DNA of 63,719 nt, filler included, from Octopus bimaculoides (GCF_001194135.2; 8 parts of 8 records of this genome joined end to end with filler, not necessarily neighbours in it), one strand, 5' to 3'. Positions 11,808 to 26,515 are shown, counted from the first letter of the whole stretch. The notes: a model not told the origin generated them from the letters alone. A program made the numbers and translations.

Positions 11808-13557
11808 TAGCTGGATGAACTTCGAACTGAAAATCTGTCAATCTTGAAGCACCTCTGGGTAAACAATGGATAGTGGTTAACACTGTACTGAGTTAATCCG
11901 ACAATCAAGTTTTTTTTCTTGTTTGCTTTCTATGTACCCTTCTCACAATGCTAAGCTGGCTGTGTGGGTCAATGTGCCTTAACGACCTCTCCATGTACTA
12001 GGCTCTTCTGGATTGTACTGGAGTCTATCGGAACCAACGATGTTATTTGTCATATACACATAACATATAGAGATCTATTCGTTCACATAATTGTTATATA
12101 CACATACACGCACATGTTTATATTGATGCACACACATATACATACACAAAATTACACAGACATTCTCTCACACTCTTCTCACATATATCGCACATATACG
12201 CACACATTTAATCATACGCAAAGATGCATATACATACCTTACAAATATGTACACAAGTACACGTATAAGCACAAACACGTTCATTTCATTTCATTTTACA
12301 TGACTTAGAAGAGCGGGGGGGGGGGTTACTTGTGACATTTCTTTTTAGGGTACCCCGAGACTCCTGGGGTGGAATGAAAGGGAAAAAGTTATTTGCAGGC
12401 CAGATGATTTGGTCTGAATACGGAACAGACACACAAATACCCCCAGAATTCACTCAGTGTTCAAATTTGAGTACCCCTAATTGGTTAATTGATAAAACCC
12501 TCACAATAGATGACCCCTTAATGTTCCCTTATAATCAAACCATTGTTTATATATTGGTTTCATCGTCTCTTTATTTATATTTTTAAGATTTGTTACATTG
12601 AGTATTGGAGTGTTGGGTGGGTGAGGTGAAGAATAGAGCGAAGGGAGCGGTAAAGTGGACATGTAAGAGAGAGGAAAGGGAAGAAATAAGGAAAAGAGAG
12701 AACAAAGGAGAGACAGAGGGAGAGGGAGGGCGAGGAAGAGGGGGGAAGAAAAATGACTGAGACGTGGAGCGAAGCCAACAGGGGACGCGTGCTAGGTGCA
12801 GGGCTTCGTTGGAAGATATACGCTTTTCAATGAACAACTAACACTTCAGGCTTTCTTTATATGTACATACACACACACACACGCACACACACACACACAT
12901 ATATNNNNNNNNNNNNNNNNNNNNNNNNNNNNNNNNNNNNNNNNNNNNTTAATTAATTAANNNNNNNNNNNNNNNNNNNNNNNNNNNNNNNNNNNNNNNN
13001 NNNNATATATACATATATGTTTATATATATATTCACAAGCACATATATAGTCGTTGTTGTCTCTGTTTCTAAATCCGTTTGTGATATCTTTCAATTTTAC
13101 GTCAACTGACATTTTTATTTTTTAAATAGATTTCAATAATTCACATGATAGGCATTCATCGTCTGTTAACAACATGCTCGAAGCCACAATGTTTTCAACA
13201 CAATTTATAGAAAGCAATAGCTAGCGTGTAGGTATTCCTTAATACATACATGCACACATAAACATATGTGTGGTGGGGGGGGGCGTTCCTGAATGTATGT
13301 AAATATGTATGTCTACATATTTGTTTGAAGATTAAGGAGAGGGAGAATGTCGTCATTTAGTTCGCATGAAATACCTATGAGATATATTAGTTTACATCGT
13401 TCAACATGTATCTCGTCCAGGATAAGCAGAAAACGAAGTGATTGTAGTGTCACATGATTAGATATAATTTATAATCACTGCTATTTTGAAATTCATTTGA
13501 AAATTGTCGTTTTGGTTGCATAATATATAAGTGAGCGTATATAGTGTATATGTATGA

Positions 13558-13596
<39 letters not shown>

Positions 13597-14699
13597 TATG
13601 TATGTATATTTACATATATATGTACGTACGCATACACGTGCACACACAGACACACTCACACATATGCATANNNNNNNNNNTATATGTTTGTGAGTGCGTG
13701 TGTGTCTATATGTATGTATGCACAGTGCATATTAGCATGTGTTTCTGAATTTGTGTGTGTGTGTGTGTGTGTGTGAAAGGTAAATCGTATATTTGGAAAC
13801 TCAGGACATAGCGAATTCGTGAAAGAAAAGAAATCGAACGAAACACACACGCGCACACACATACATAACCCCCCCCCACACACACACACACACACACACG
13901 GACACGGACACACACCTACACACACACAAAGAAAATTAGAGAGTTGGGGAAATAGTGGCGTGTGACAATGGAAATGTAATACGGTGGATGATGAGGGGCT
14001 TACTTAACCCTTTGTTGTGACAGGGCCATACTAAACAGAAAATTTAATGGTACATTTAAAATGTTTTGTTGAAGATCGCGGGGCTAATTATCTTCGATGG
14101 GCTGCCGTTATCCCTATTTTGCGGGGGAAATCTATATGGGTTCCTAGATGTTTCGACGGCGACTGGCACAAACGGATAGCGGCTAGCCAGGCGCAAAGGA
14201 ATCGCTAATTAATATAAGTATAAAGAAAAAAAGAATGAAGTTTGGAGTATGCAAGAGAAGAAATATTGTAATTTACTTGTATACAGTTAAGGCAAGAAAA
14301 ATATTTTTTTAAATAAATATTAGATATTACAAAGTTAAAATTGATATGAGAGCTATTCTTAAATAAATAACAGTATCAATATAACTAGAACAACAAACAA
14401 TATAATGAAATAATATATTAATGGACAAGAGGTAATTCATAAATAATTTATTATTAAATAGTAAATATGATTTTCCAAGATTGTAGTGACGTATTTATTA
14501 ACAATAAATGTATTTAATTCTGTAGATATGTAGTTTTGTACCTAAAGACACCCCACCGCCGCACACACAAACACCTAGACTCACACATACACTGACACCC
14601 CCAACACACTCATACACATGCATATATATGTACATAAATATGTATAAACATACATATTTATACATGCAGGCACACATTTATATATATAGAGAGAGAGAG

Positions 14700-14734
<35 letters not shown>

Positions 14735-15467
14735 TACACACATACACACAGATACACACATGCACACACTCACCCTGCTTATACATTCAGACACACATAC
14801 ACACGAACGCATTGAGAGAGTGTGATAATGTGTGGATGTACACGCCAGTGTGTGTGTGTATGTGTGTGTACGCACGCACGCGAGTGTATATGTGCAAATG
14901 TATCTCGAAAGGTGTTACACGTTTTACGACCAAACAAAATAGCAAAATATACAACTACAGTATTAGGCAATAAAAAATATGCACAACTGTAAATAACACG
15001 CAGCAAACTGCAAAATAAAATCTCGCAGGATATTTTGTTTAAAAAAATGAATTTATATTAATGTTTGTTAGCATTGGTTAAAATAGATTAATCGGTTCCA
15101 ACAGAAGTTGCACCGATTGATTAAGAAAATAATAACCAAATATTAAAAAATAGTTGCTATTTATATTGCAGTGTATGTGTGTATATATTTCCGTTTGTCT
15201 AGGAATGCTTGTATACATGTGTGCATTTACACACACATACACACCGTAGCATAACGTTAACGTACTCGGTCTCATCACTTCCTCTTATGATGGAGCAGAA
15301 ATTGTGGAAATCCTCCTACGAGGGATGAAGAAAAACCCAAATATGTATTATGTATGTAGGTTTGTATCTCTCTCGCGCGCTCTCTGTATGAACATACATA
15401 CAAACATACATACAGGTAGATGTAGGCATGCACATACTTGTACGTATATATGCATATACTTATTTAT

Positions 15468-15500
<33 letters not shown>

Positions 15501-15740
15501 AGAGAGAGGGAGAGAGAGATTTATAAATACACGTTCTAAATGAATAAGGATATGTACAAATATACATACATACATAANNNNNNNNNNNNNNNNNNNNNNN
15601 NNNNNNNNNNNNNNNNNNNNNNNNNNNNNNNNNNNNNNNNNNNNNNNNNNNNNNNNNNNNNNNNNNNNNNNNNNNNNNNNNNNNNNNNNNNNNNNNNNNN
15701 NNNNNNNNNNNNNNNNNNNNNNNNNNNNNNNNNNNNNNAT

Positions 15741-15782
<42 letters not shown>

Positions 15783-16465
15783 TACAGCAAACATTTTGCG
15801 TGTTGCGTGGGTGGAACTGAAATGAAAGAAATTGGATGGAACCTCTACTTTGATGTTAAAATGTGAGATTATTCCTCCATTTGCTATTCTTTAAACGTTT
15901 TCTCTTTCGCAATAACAGCATAAACGACAATAATAAAATATATGTAAACTAAACAGAAAAAAAAAAATTATTTCAAACGGTACTTTTGGTGTTTGGCACT
16001 AAAGCTTGATTCATGTTATTTGACGACAAATTTATATTAGTTTCTACTTTCATTTTCAGGTGTCGGAATTTTATTTTTACATCAATTTTAAGAAGTTCTA
16101 ATAGGTTTTTGGCAAGTGTGATGTTGGTGATTTTGTTTGTGTTAGTTTTATTTATTTATGTAGTTATTTGTGTATTTACTTGTATATTTATTTATTTGTG
16201 TATCGTTTACAATGTTGCACAAGTTGTTAGGTGTGTGATAAATATATGCTATCGTGTGATACAGTATATTACAGGTGATGTATATAAATAGATAATCTGT
16301 ATATATTTAGGTGCGTGTGTATTAGATTATGCATGGCGGCATGTTGTATGTATTTACGCATATATATGTGCATGCAGGTATGTATAATTCTTTTTCTATT
16401 TTTCTCGTTACATGTGTATAATCATACACACACGCATGCCCATATGCTTGCGTATATAAATATAT

Positions 16466-16518
<53 letters not shown>

Positions 16519-16618
16519 NNNNNNNNNNNNNNNNNNNNNNNNNNNNNNNNNNNNNNNNNNNNTTAATTAATTAANNNNNNNNNNNNNNNNNNNNNNNNNN
16601 NNNNNNNNNNNNNNNNNN

Positions 16619-16653
<35 letters not shown>

Positions 16654-17053
16654 TTATGTGTGTGTGTGTGTGTGCGTGTGTGTGTGTGTGTGTGTGGGTG
16701 TATGCGTATGCGTGTGTGTTTGTGTGTGTTTTTACTTCATCTAACTAAGAACACATTCTACACGTATCAGGTTTTGTCTACGTATGCCTTTTTAATTAAA
16801 TCCTAACAGAGAATCCTCACAGAAATGTATATACATTAGACGAAATTTTTATTTTAGAAAAAAAACAAAAAACGTCTAGGCTTATAAAATTCGTGCTATA
16901 AATGCTACTGTTTCTATATGAATAGGAAACACACAGAGACACATACTCTCTCTCTCTCTCCATCTCACTCTCTCTCTCTCCATCTCACTCTCTCTCACAC
17001 ACACACTCATAGTCACATACATGTATTCATATCTCTATATATAAATATATATG

Positions 17054-17094
<41 letters not shown>

Positions 17095-17123
17095 CTATAT
17101 ATANNNNNNNNNNNNNNNNNNNN

Positions 17124-17159
<36 letters not shown>

Positions 17160-17714
17160 CATACATACATAGTTACAGAGAGACAAGGTGATAGGACGAG
17201 ACACATGTGTGCTTCTGTGTGTGTGTGTGATTTGCAGTAGAGAAAACAAATTTTGAAAAATGGATTAGCTTCCTGTTCGGTTTTCGAATTTGTGCTATGT
17301 GCTTTATATTTGATATTAAGAAATTAATTTTTGATATATATGTTTGTAAATTGGCGCATACATGACCGTGTATATAATAATTCTGTTTCAGAGAGACTTG
17401 GTTCCCTTCGATCCACTGCATGACGTTTCGATTAAGCAACTTACTCTTATCACACCTTCAGAATTCCGAATGCTTTTTTGAAGAAATTTTAGTTGAAAAG
17501 TACACATTGTACCATCGTTGACACTCGCACACGCACGCAGGAACATGCGCGCACACACAGGCATGCATACACGCACGCACACGCACGCACACGCACGCAC
17601 AGACGCACACATTTTCACACACACTGATACTCTCATATGCTCACACACAAACAAACTCTCGCTCACTCCAAACTGGATTTTATTGTGACGGTGGAAATAT
17701 TGGTTTCTAATTTT

Positions 17715-17910
17715 GCGTCAAGACCAGAAATTTCGGGGATGGGGGATCAATCGATTATATTGACGTCAGTGAACCACACGCTCTCCTTTTATCGATCCAG
17801 AGAAGATGAAAGGTAAAGACAACCACAGCTTGATTTAAACTCAGAACGTTAAAACGAACGAAATAGCGCAAAGCATTTTGCCCTGTGTGCTGACGGCTCT
17901 GCCAGTTCGT
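17715..17910 (-). mobile_element. Meta-domain-like SINE, degraded
   Basis: Same blocks as 388-705 (ttttatcgatcc, gatgaaagg, tttaaactcagaacgt). Confidence 0.7.
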
Positions 17911-17947
17911 CACCTTCATGGCGTTAATATTATTGCCATGTTCTTTC

Positions 17948-18160
17948 TGGATCGATAAATTAAGTACCAGTTGCATTTTGGGGTCGATCTAATCTACTTG
18001 GACCCCTCCCTCACCCAAAATGTTCGGCCTTGTGACTAGAGTAGAAAAGGATATTTCGGGGTCGATAAATTAAGTACCCGTTGCGTACTGGGGTTGACCT
18101 AATCGACTGACCTCCTCTCCCAGAAAATTTCGCGCCTTGTGCCTAGAGTAGAAAGGAATA
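17948..18160 (+). mobile_element. Two tandem 3' halves of the Meta-domain-like SINE
   Basis: tcgataaattaagtacc...ccttgtg(a/c)ctagagtagaaa occurs twice, ~110 bp apart. Confidence 0.7.
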
Positions 18161-18419
18161 TTATTGCTATATTTTCGTGGTAGCTATTGTTTTGGTGGGG
18201 AAGTTTTGCTATGAAGGAGATCGTATTCGGTACAATTCTTGCAATGTTATTGTGCTGAGGTTAGCTGTGTGCTTACTATCCACGGCGAAGGCAATATTAA
18301 CCAACATATTGAAAAACTTCGAAGAGAGACCCAACAGGTTAAGTGTCTGTCGTTGGGTCATATAGTTCATATTATTTAGTAACTATAATTTGCAATATTG
18401 GACCGCTGAGTTATTTCAT

Positions 18420-18580
18420 TCTCTCTCTGTTCATTTTCAATTATTCCCTTCCGTTGAAAAGCGTAGGCTCGAAACGTAAAAGACTTCTTCATTTTGCCCG
18501 AACATCAAACTAATATACTTGCTTGTCCTTCATATACCTCTCTTCATCTTTAGTCTTTCTATAAATTTCAACTGTAAACA
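18420..18580 (+). mobile_element. Short Penelope-related element with degenerate hammerhead-like motif
   Basis: ccgttgaaaagcgtaggctcgaaacgtaaaagac; homologous to 40748-40915, 42193-42360 and 60322-60500. Confidence 0.55.
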
Positions 18581-19759
18581 CACACACGCATACACATTAT
18601 CATTTAGATGTTTCAGTCATTAGACTGACGCCATGCCATGGCATCACATTGAAGAACATTTTGGTCGAATGAATTGACACTTGTACTTTTATTTAATTAT
18701 TTTTTCTTTTTTCTTTTTGTAAATCTGGTATTTCTTCTATTGGTGTCTTTAGTCTAACCGCTAACTTAGAAGGACGTAAACACACCAACACTAATTGTCA
18801 TGCGGTAGCGGGGGCAAACACAGAGAAATACACACACACACACGTTCGCACACACACAGGATTCTTTCAGTTTCGTCAATCAAATCCAGTTGAGATCCTG
18901 CTCCGTTGTACAAATTTGACATCTCTTATTTTAATGGACTGTCAACATGTACGTTGAGCTGAAATATGCTCTGCATTGCTTTTTCTCTTTCTTTCGGAGA
19001 CATATATGATTTGAGGTCGACACGTCTGACGAATCTGGTAAGTCGGGTCACTACATTCAACGCCTTCCTACCTCAGACAACTAGCATCTTTTTGATGTTG
19101 TTCATTCTCAGATTGGTAATGGATCGGTTACTCGTTGATGTCTTTAACATGTCTTGAGCATCTGTCAAATTTGGGCGAAATAAATATTACAAGAGAGGCC
19201 GTTTGAAAGCATTGATTGTAAAGTTTTAATTTTTTTCACCTATTTACGCACACATATGCATTTGCATACACACACATACCCACAGACATACATAAATACA
19301 TACATACCTACACACACACGCACATATATCTATGCTTACACGCGTATATACACATGCATGTATACACATACATATACATATAGACAGGCGCGGATTCGTC
19401 TTTATTTGTCTGTATATTTTGTAACACGATATTTACACACTATCATATATTGCTTCACCTATTTCGAATTCCACCGTTTAAAACGATTTATGTATATATG
19501 TATGTATGTATTTACGGGGGAATCCTTTTACACAATTCCAGATTATAATATTATCACATTCCACTCATAATGCATTAGTCTATCGGTAAATATGTAAGAA
19601 GAGCTTTGGTCGTTCCTTGATTTTATTGATTATAGAAGTATGACAAGCTAAGTCAATCTGGTTACGATTTGATCTCGGCCTGTAAAAGGGACTTAATATA
19701 ATATGGTTAAGTTATCTTGTCTGCTGCTCTTAATATTCTGCACACAAATTAATCCATCA

Positions 19760-19767
19760 TCATTGAT

Positions 19768-19798
<31 letters not shown>

Positions 19799-19990
19799 GC
19801 AATAGCATCTCAACAAGAACAACAACGATAGCAAAAAACAATAGCAGCAACAACAATATCAACTACAAGACTGGGGAGAGACATCAGTAAGAGTAACATT
19901 CAATGTTAAAACGAAAACTAGAACAGCAAAATAAACTTAAAAGCAGTGGCACGAAGACGAACAATGTGTTCTGGAAGAACAATAGCAATA
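19760..19990. repeat. Degenerate (AAC/AGC)n trinucleotide tract
   Basis: Directly visible. Confidence 0.8.
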
Positions 19991-20652
19991 CAAGTTAATG
20001 AATACCAAATACAATAGGCATGGCTAAGGAGTGGTGAAGGGTTGGTTGGTAGGGTTAGGACGGTGGGAAACATCACACTAGCAACAGCCAAAAAATATAA
20101 TGATAAGAATCAATAAAAAAACAAAATTTACCAAAATTAGTAAGTTTTAACAATTACTACCGCGAATGGGCGAGGAGATCAGTTAGACATTATATTACAA
20201 AATTTATCAATAGAAATAAAATCAAACAACAACTACTATTGGTACAATGTGAACAGTAACATATATAACAGCATCAACAAGATATAATACAATAGCATTG
20301 TCACCTACAATGCTGCTATATGAAACGGGTGGTGGTGTGGGGAATTCTCGATGATCCATTCCTAACCCCAATCTCTCATACACCAGTCCAACCATTCATG
20401 TAGCTCTCAGTATTCAATGTTATTATCAATATATAACAAGAGTTCAAAAATTAAGCCAAAAGTACTCGAGTGATATTCATTTTAATTTAGTATTTATTTA
20501 TTTATGTGGGGGGTTTTTCCCCCACGTACACATAAACCCAAACATATGGTGCTCGGGAATGAATAGCGGATATACTTGATCGGATGATGCATACAATGGC
20601 ATAGACATACACATAAACGTTCCTTGCACACACTCACAAACACACAAACGCA

Positions 20653-20693
<41 letters not shown>

Positions 20694-20864
20694 ATACACA
20701 TACACACACATACGCCCACATACACACGTGCGAATGCACGCAAGCGCACACCTTTGATCATAAGTTTGTAATCGGTTGTGATTGGGGTGAGGAGGGCGCT
20801 AAAACCATTATTATCTTTAACAAACCGACGATCGAGCATGGAGTATCTACGTAGCTGAACCACG

Positions 20865-21290
20865 TGCTAGAAATAGCAGCCAAATATCTTCAAATTGTAC
20901 CATCGTGCCATCTTGAAAATAGAGAAATAATAGAAATTCATTAAATAATGTAGTTGTGAAAATAGGATCGTGTTGTTCTTAGCACTAAGGATGATTCCTT
21001 TGATTAGAACCCCTTTATGGTGGCACCCCAACATGGCCGTAACCTAAAGACTGGAACAAGTAGAAGGTAAAAGATAGTAACAGGCAGCCACTCTGTGGGA
21101 AAATGACATGCTAGAATTAGCAGTTAAATGTTTCTCTTGTCACATCATACAGTTTAAACTGTGTAAATGATACATTGACTAATCTATTCGTTTATCTTTG
21201 TGTCTGAATAAAAATATGACTGCAGTATCTATGATCATAAGATTATTTAATCAGCGCTGACTAGAAGCGGCAGCAAATATTTATCATATT
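20865..21290 (+). repeat. Cluster of a short dispersed repeat (gctagaaatagcagccaaat motif)
   Basis: Best copy ~20865-20900, degraded copies ~21108 and ~21258; related motifs at ~25190, ~33893 and in reverse at ~57195. Confidence 0.5.
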
Positions 21291-22089
21291 CCATCTTAAT
21301 GTTTCTTAAAAAAGAAAGAACTAAGCATCGAATAATTACTCGTTCAGGAATGACTGGATAGCCACATTTGGAATGTTTTGGGGAATGATTCCTCGCACGA
21401 AGGCATACCTAGTGTACAAAACACAATACCGACGTTAGAGTGTTAAGTGTGCTCATTCAGGCTTGAGCGTTTTTAATCTTTCATCTGCCAATAATGACAA
21501 TCGTTAGGGTTCCTAGTAGTCTGCGCTACGGAATACCTTTGTCTGTGGCTGAACAACCCCATGCGAAATTGACAATCTATGCCACACAGGCTGATCTTGT
21601 GGGTTTTCCCAGTACTCTTTCAGTTGATAGGTTCTATCTCTCTAATACAGGGTGTTCTGTAGGATCCATTCCTGGACAGTATTGTATGGATAATAGGTTG
21701 CTGCGCATGGAATATGACTCTAATCTCCCTGTCACTGACGTATCCGAAGAACAGCACGGTTGTTACAATTTGGCACCAGTGTAGTCGTACAGTTGCTAGA
21801 ACGGGGTCGTAAACAATTCGAGGATCCGACTCGCGATTTTTTCTCAGTGTTAACTCCTGCAGTTATATCCATGGCTGGGTCGCAAGGCAACGTATGTTTG
21901 GGAGCAGAGTTCTCTTTAAAGCCAATATATGAACATTTGAATATTAAAACAAACACTTTTTTCCTGCCTAAAGCTCAGCAATTTCATAATAAGGGACTGA
22001 TAATTTAAGTATTTTTTTATACATTTTGATAAGAGAATTTGCAGTGTGTTTAGTTGTTATGTGTCTACCGAACTGTATATCTATCTATA

Positions 22090-22128
<39 letters not shown>

Positions 22129-22188
22129 ATATCTATCTATCTATCTATCTATTATCTACCTACCTACCTATCTATCTATTATCAATCT

Positions 22189-22222
<34 letters not shown>

Positions 22223-22239
22223 TTATTATATGAGTTTTC

Positions 22240-22274
<35 letters not shown>

Positions 22275-24302
22275 GTGAGAAGATGGATGTGTATGAGGTT
22301 TTTCTACCATCACCATAAAGGAAACGATGTGGTTTCGCTGCAATATCTTTTTAGATAAGTATCGATGTTTATATGGAGTTTAGAAAACAGGCCTAAAATT
22401 CTCCCCTGCTACGAGAATTACAAAACACCAATAGATAAATTAACGATAACATCTAATGCTACCTCAGTTCTCGAAACATATATACGCAACTTTTATTGTT
22501 CACTATATTCTGCTGACTCAGTAATCTAGTTCGTTTGATATGGCACAAAATACAGATTTGGATGTAGCTGTTTTATATGTCTTGGGACAATCATGATGGA
22601 CTTGTTGGTTAAGGAATACGCCTCGTAATTATAGGATTTTGATCCCACTTGTGGCACGACCGTAGCTAAGGGCCTTCTAACGTATTCTCTCATCAACCAA
22701 TATTTTCTAAATACAAATTTTGGATAGGAAGTGCGTGGATACCTAGTAGATAGATGGATCCTGTTCTTGGATAGTAAATTTAAACGAAGTCACGTTTGAA
22801 GAATTAGAGTGAACGCTCTTGCAACTATTTGAGTGAGGTTTATGTTAGGAAAACTTACCCGCTCATCACCAGTCTCGTGGGAACTGAAAAATATCACCAA
22901 TCGGCACCCGTTCTCCTCTGACCAAGCAATACAAATTATATCAGATATATAAAAGCTGACAGATATATTACAGAGTTATGTGAATAATCAAAGCAAATGT
23001 TTTACTGACAGGGTTTGAATGATAAAAACAGAAAGATGAGATTTATTAAACACATTTATTACTGGCTGGCATTGTGTCAGACTCTCTACTGCTTGTTCCA
23101 ATTTGCCACCCACTACACACACCTAAATCAATATTTGTTTCATTGCTAACCAGACAAAAAACAAATAATGTTCCACGTTTTATAGAGATTCACTAAAACA
23201 TTAAAATTCTGTCCCTTGCCTGCATTGTAAATATTGTTATTGTTGTTGCTGTTGTTGTCTGAAGCCTGTACTCAAACTCGATTGCCCAGCACTGTCGTCA
23301 AATGCGTTCGATCATGACTATACTGTCTAATGTTCCGACATATTGTATCGGTTCCTAAATTTTCCCGTCAATCTACTCGTACTATTTCAAGAAGACTATC
23401 CATCAGGGAGGAAGGAAAGTGTCGGATAGACGTATCAAAAAGGAGTTCCAACCATGCTCTCCTTGATATACACGTGTATATACAATTTATGTAACAAGGA
23501 CGTCCTTCATGTTTGAAAGATAATATAGTGCAATCCATTCTAACCGTGAACATACCGCTTGTTTTTCCTACATTGCATCGTGTCCAGTATGATCCAAACA
23601 ATTTACCCTTCCCTTCGAAAAACTGTAACGTGCGGCTGTAGTGAGATCCGTTTTTATTTATTTACGAGTGGAATCTCTCTTCTAGTTTCACACACATCAA
23701 AGAAAGCATAAGTTAACCACCTGTGAAGTAATGGTATAGACAAGTCATTTAATTCATATATCTCATAGCTGTTGTCGCATCAATCTGGTCGCACTATCTC
23801 CATGATATTACACTCAAACGATATATTGTCGTCTTAAGAAGGGACAATAATAGTGATGGATTCTCTATTAGTTTCAGTGATCAACAGAGGTCTAATGTGT
23901 ACGTTAAAACGTATATGGCTGGGTATTACACAGAGATTTGTACACTTAGCCTAATTCGAGATGTGTATGATCGAACATTTGATTTACAAGTACAATCCGT
24001 ATAATAGACTTTCAAATAATCTCCCTAGAGATTCAACATAAATGAATGAAAAGCAGAACCTCACAGCTGAATGTCTGTACGTAATGATCATATCTCTTAC
24101 CTACGTCGTTCAAAAAGGTACGTATTAAGCAAAGTAATTCTACTGACCATTAAAATGTGAATCGATCAGTAAAGTCACCCTCACATGATAATCTTCAGTT
24201 GTAGGGAAAATACTTTATTTTCTCCTTCACCATTGGAATCATATCAAACAAATGATATACCGTTTTTTTAAAACATGGCACAAGCATCGATAGGCTCAGA
24301 TA

Positions 24303-24690
24303 TGGCTGCGTAGTTAAGACTCTCTTTCCTGTCACCTGGTTTCCTATCCAGACACACTTCGCAGCATTTTCTACTACAACCCTGGGGCTTATCAATGCCT
24401 TGTGAGTGAAATTTGTTGTTGGAAACTGTGTGGAAGCTTATATGTGCGTATATGTATGTGCGTGCATGTGTATACCTGTGTACGAGTACGTGTATATTTG
24501 TCTTCCGCACTGTTTCACGAACGATTAGTTTCTTTACTTCTCCTTGCACCAAAAGAAACAGGCAGAATATTATGAGACTTCAAAAAAGAAAAAAAAACAG
24601 AACTGTGGTTGATTTGCTCAAATAAACACTTCAAGGCAGAGCCCCAACATTACATCAGTCCTATGGCTGAAACGAGTAGAAGATTAAAAA
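24303..24690 (+). mobile_element. CORE-like SINE, degraded
   Basis: atggctgcgtagttaaga head, cattttctactacaaccctgggg..gccttgtgagtgaaatttg..ggaaactgtgtggaagc, tail gaaacgagtagaaga; homologous to 43615-44005. Confidence 0.6.
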
Positions 24691-25264
24691 TGGTTTTAGA
24701 TAGTTACAAATTTTACTAGTTCATTACATCCGAATATAATGAAGACGTAGTAATGTACATAATACAATATATTATCTAACATGGAAAATTAATTTAAGGA
24801 TACATTAAAGAAAATAAATCTAGCCAATATAAACTGTGCCAATATTTATCATCATTGGCACTGCTTATAAGGCAGCGAGCTGGCAGAATCGTTAGCACGC
24901 CGGACAAAATACTTCCCCCAAGATCAAATAGGTACGGGTTGAGAACTGGTGTCAATGTAATCGACAATACACTTTACGCGAAATTATTGTCCTTGAGCCA
25001 AAACTTGAAGCCAATAATGATAAATGTGTTTTTTTCACGTAAAATAAATATTCCCTTTCTGTCTGGAACGTGATATTTTTTATTGCAAAGAAACATTTCG
25101 TACGAGGAAAGTATTGCCAAACTATATTTCATACGTAGTGTATTCACTCAGTAGACACCAAATGGCGCCTCAACTTCCATGCTTGAACTACTGGAAATAA
25201 CAACCAAATCTTCTTCAAATCACCGTTTGTCGTCTAATAAATTATGGTATTAAATAGTGGTTTT

Positions 25265-25722
25265 ATATTTTGGCACAAGGCCAGCAATTTCGAGGGTGGG
25301 GATAAATTGATCATCCGTCGATACCAATATTCAACTGGTACTTATTTCATAAGCTCCCGAAAGGAAAATAGATGAAGTAAACCACGGCGGAATTTTAACT
25401 CGGAGCGTAAAGATGGATGAGATGCCGCTAAGCTATTTGCCCGGCGTGCCAGGCCACTCAGCTTTTGGCCTGGGGTGCCAGTCCTATCATCTTATTAAGC
25501 GGCGTGCCAGGCTACTCAGCTTTTTGCCCGGCGAGCCAAGTCGCTCAGCTTAATGGTAGTGTGCCATGCAGTTCAGGCTTTTGCCTAGCGTGCCAGGCTA
25601 CTCAGCTTTATAGCCGGCGTACCACACCACTCAGCTCTTTGCCTGTCATATCAGGCCACTCAGCTTATTGCCAGGCGTGCCAGTCCACTCAGTATTTAGC
25701 ACGGCCTACCAGCTCACCGCCT
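25265..25722 (-). mobile_element. Meta-domain-like SINE with internal ~29-bp tandem expansion
   Basis: SINE tail at 25265, B-box-like block ~25385-25402, head at ~25722; about nine units of tttgcccggcgtgccaggccactcagct at 25435-25690. Confidence 0.75.
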
Positions 25723-26324
25723 TAAGTATGTTATCTAATATGAAAGAGTGTAATATAATTAAAAAAAATTACACGGGAGTTAAACAAGCAGCCCGTTCAA
25801 AAAATATAACCAGATGGAGTGTCATGACTGGGACGATTTTCTACATTGAACTACTATAAATATAGTGGCAAAATTGTATCCAATCATAACCTATCCCCTC
25901 CTTCGCGCAATACCTCTCTTCCATAACATTTACTGCACCCTGATACTATTCTATTCAGTCATTCCATCCCCACCCATATCTAAACCTTTCGCTTATAACA
26001 CTTATTATTCTGAGAATCCAACATCATATCAGTAGTTCCCCCCCCCTTCCCCGCTGACGCCTTCATCATTAATGTCTACAACCACCGTCATGTACACAAT
26101 GTACACAACAATAAACCCAAGCGTTCACCCACGCCCCAGAACCATACACACACACACACCCTACGCTCTCTTTGCTTCCTTTATAGAATTGATTGCAATT
26201 ACCAGCCCCGCCCCTCTCTCAGCCATTAACAAATGTCAGGAATATGATTGGTTAAGTTCCCTACACTTGTTGGGAACAATTTTCAGAAGACAATACGTCA
26301 TCACTGGCATCGGCGACAGCAATA

Positions 26325-26515
26325 AATGTATCATCATCACCATTGTTGTCATCATCATCGTCTTCGTAATCATCATCATTGACGTCATTGTGGTCATCAG
26401 CAGCAGCAGCAGCAGCACAGCCATCGTCATCATCAACATTGCCGTGATTGTCATCATCATCATCGTCGTCGTATTCATCATCATCATTATCACTATTGTC
26501 GTCATCATCATCATC
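26325..26515. repeat. Degenerate (CAT)n microsatellite
   Basis: Directly visible; explains the poly-I/V and poly-M ORFs in the track. Confidence 0.85.

Noticed and set aside
21494-21956. 96-aa ORF with an IPGQYCMDN segment faintly like a LINE RT motif
   Set aside because: Similarity too weak to call by eye; no other RT motifs in frame.
25435-25700. CRISPR-like array
   Set aside because: Units are contiguous and degenerate with no unique spacers; eukaryotic context; derived from a SINE head.
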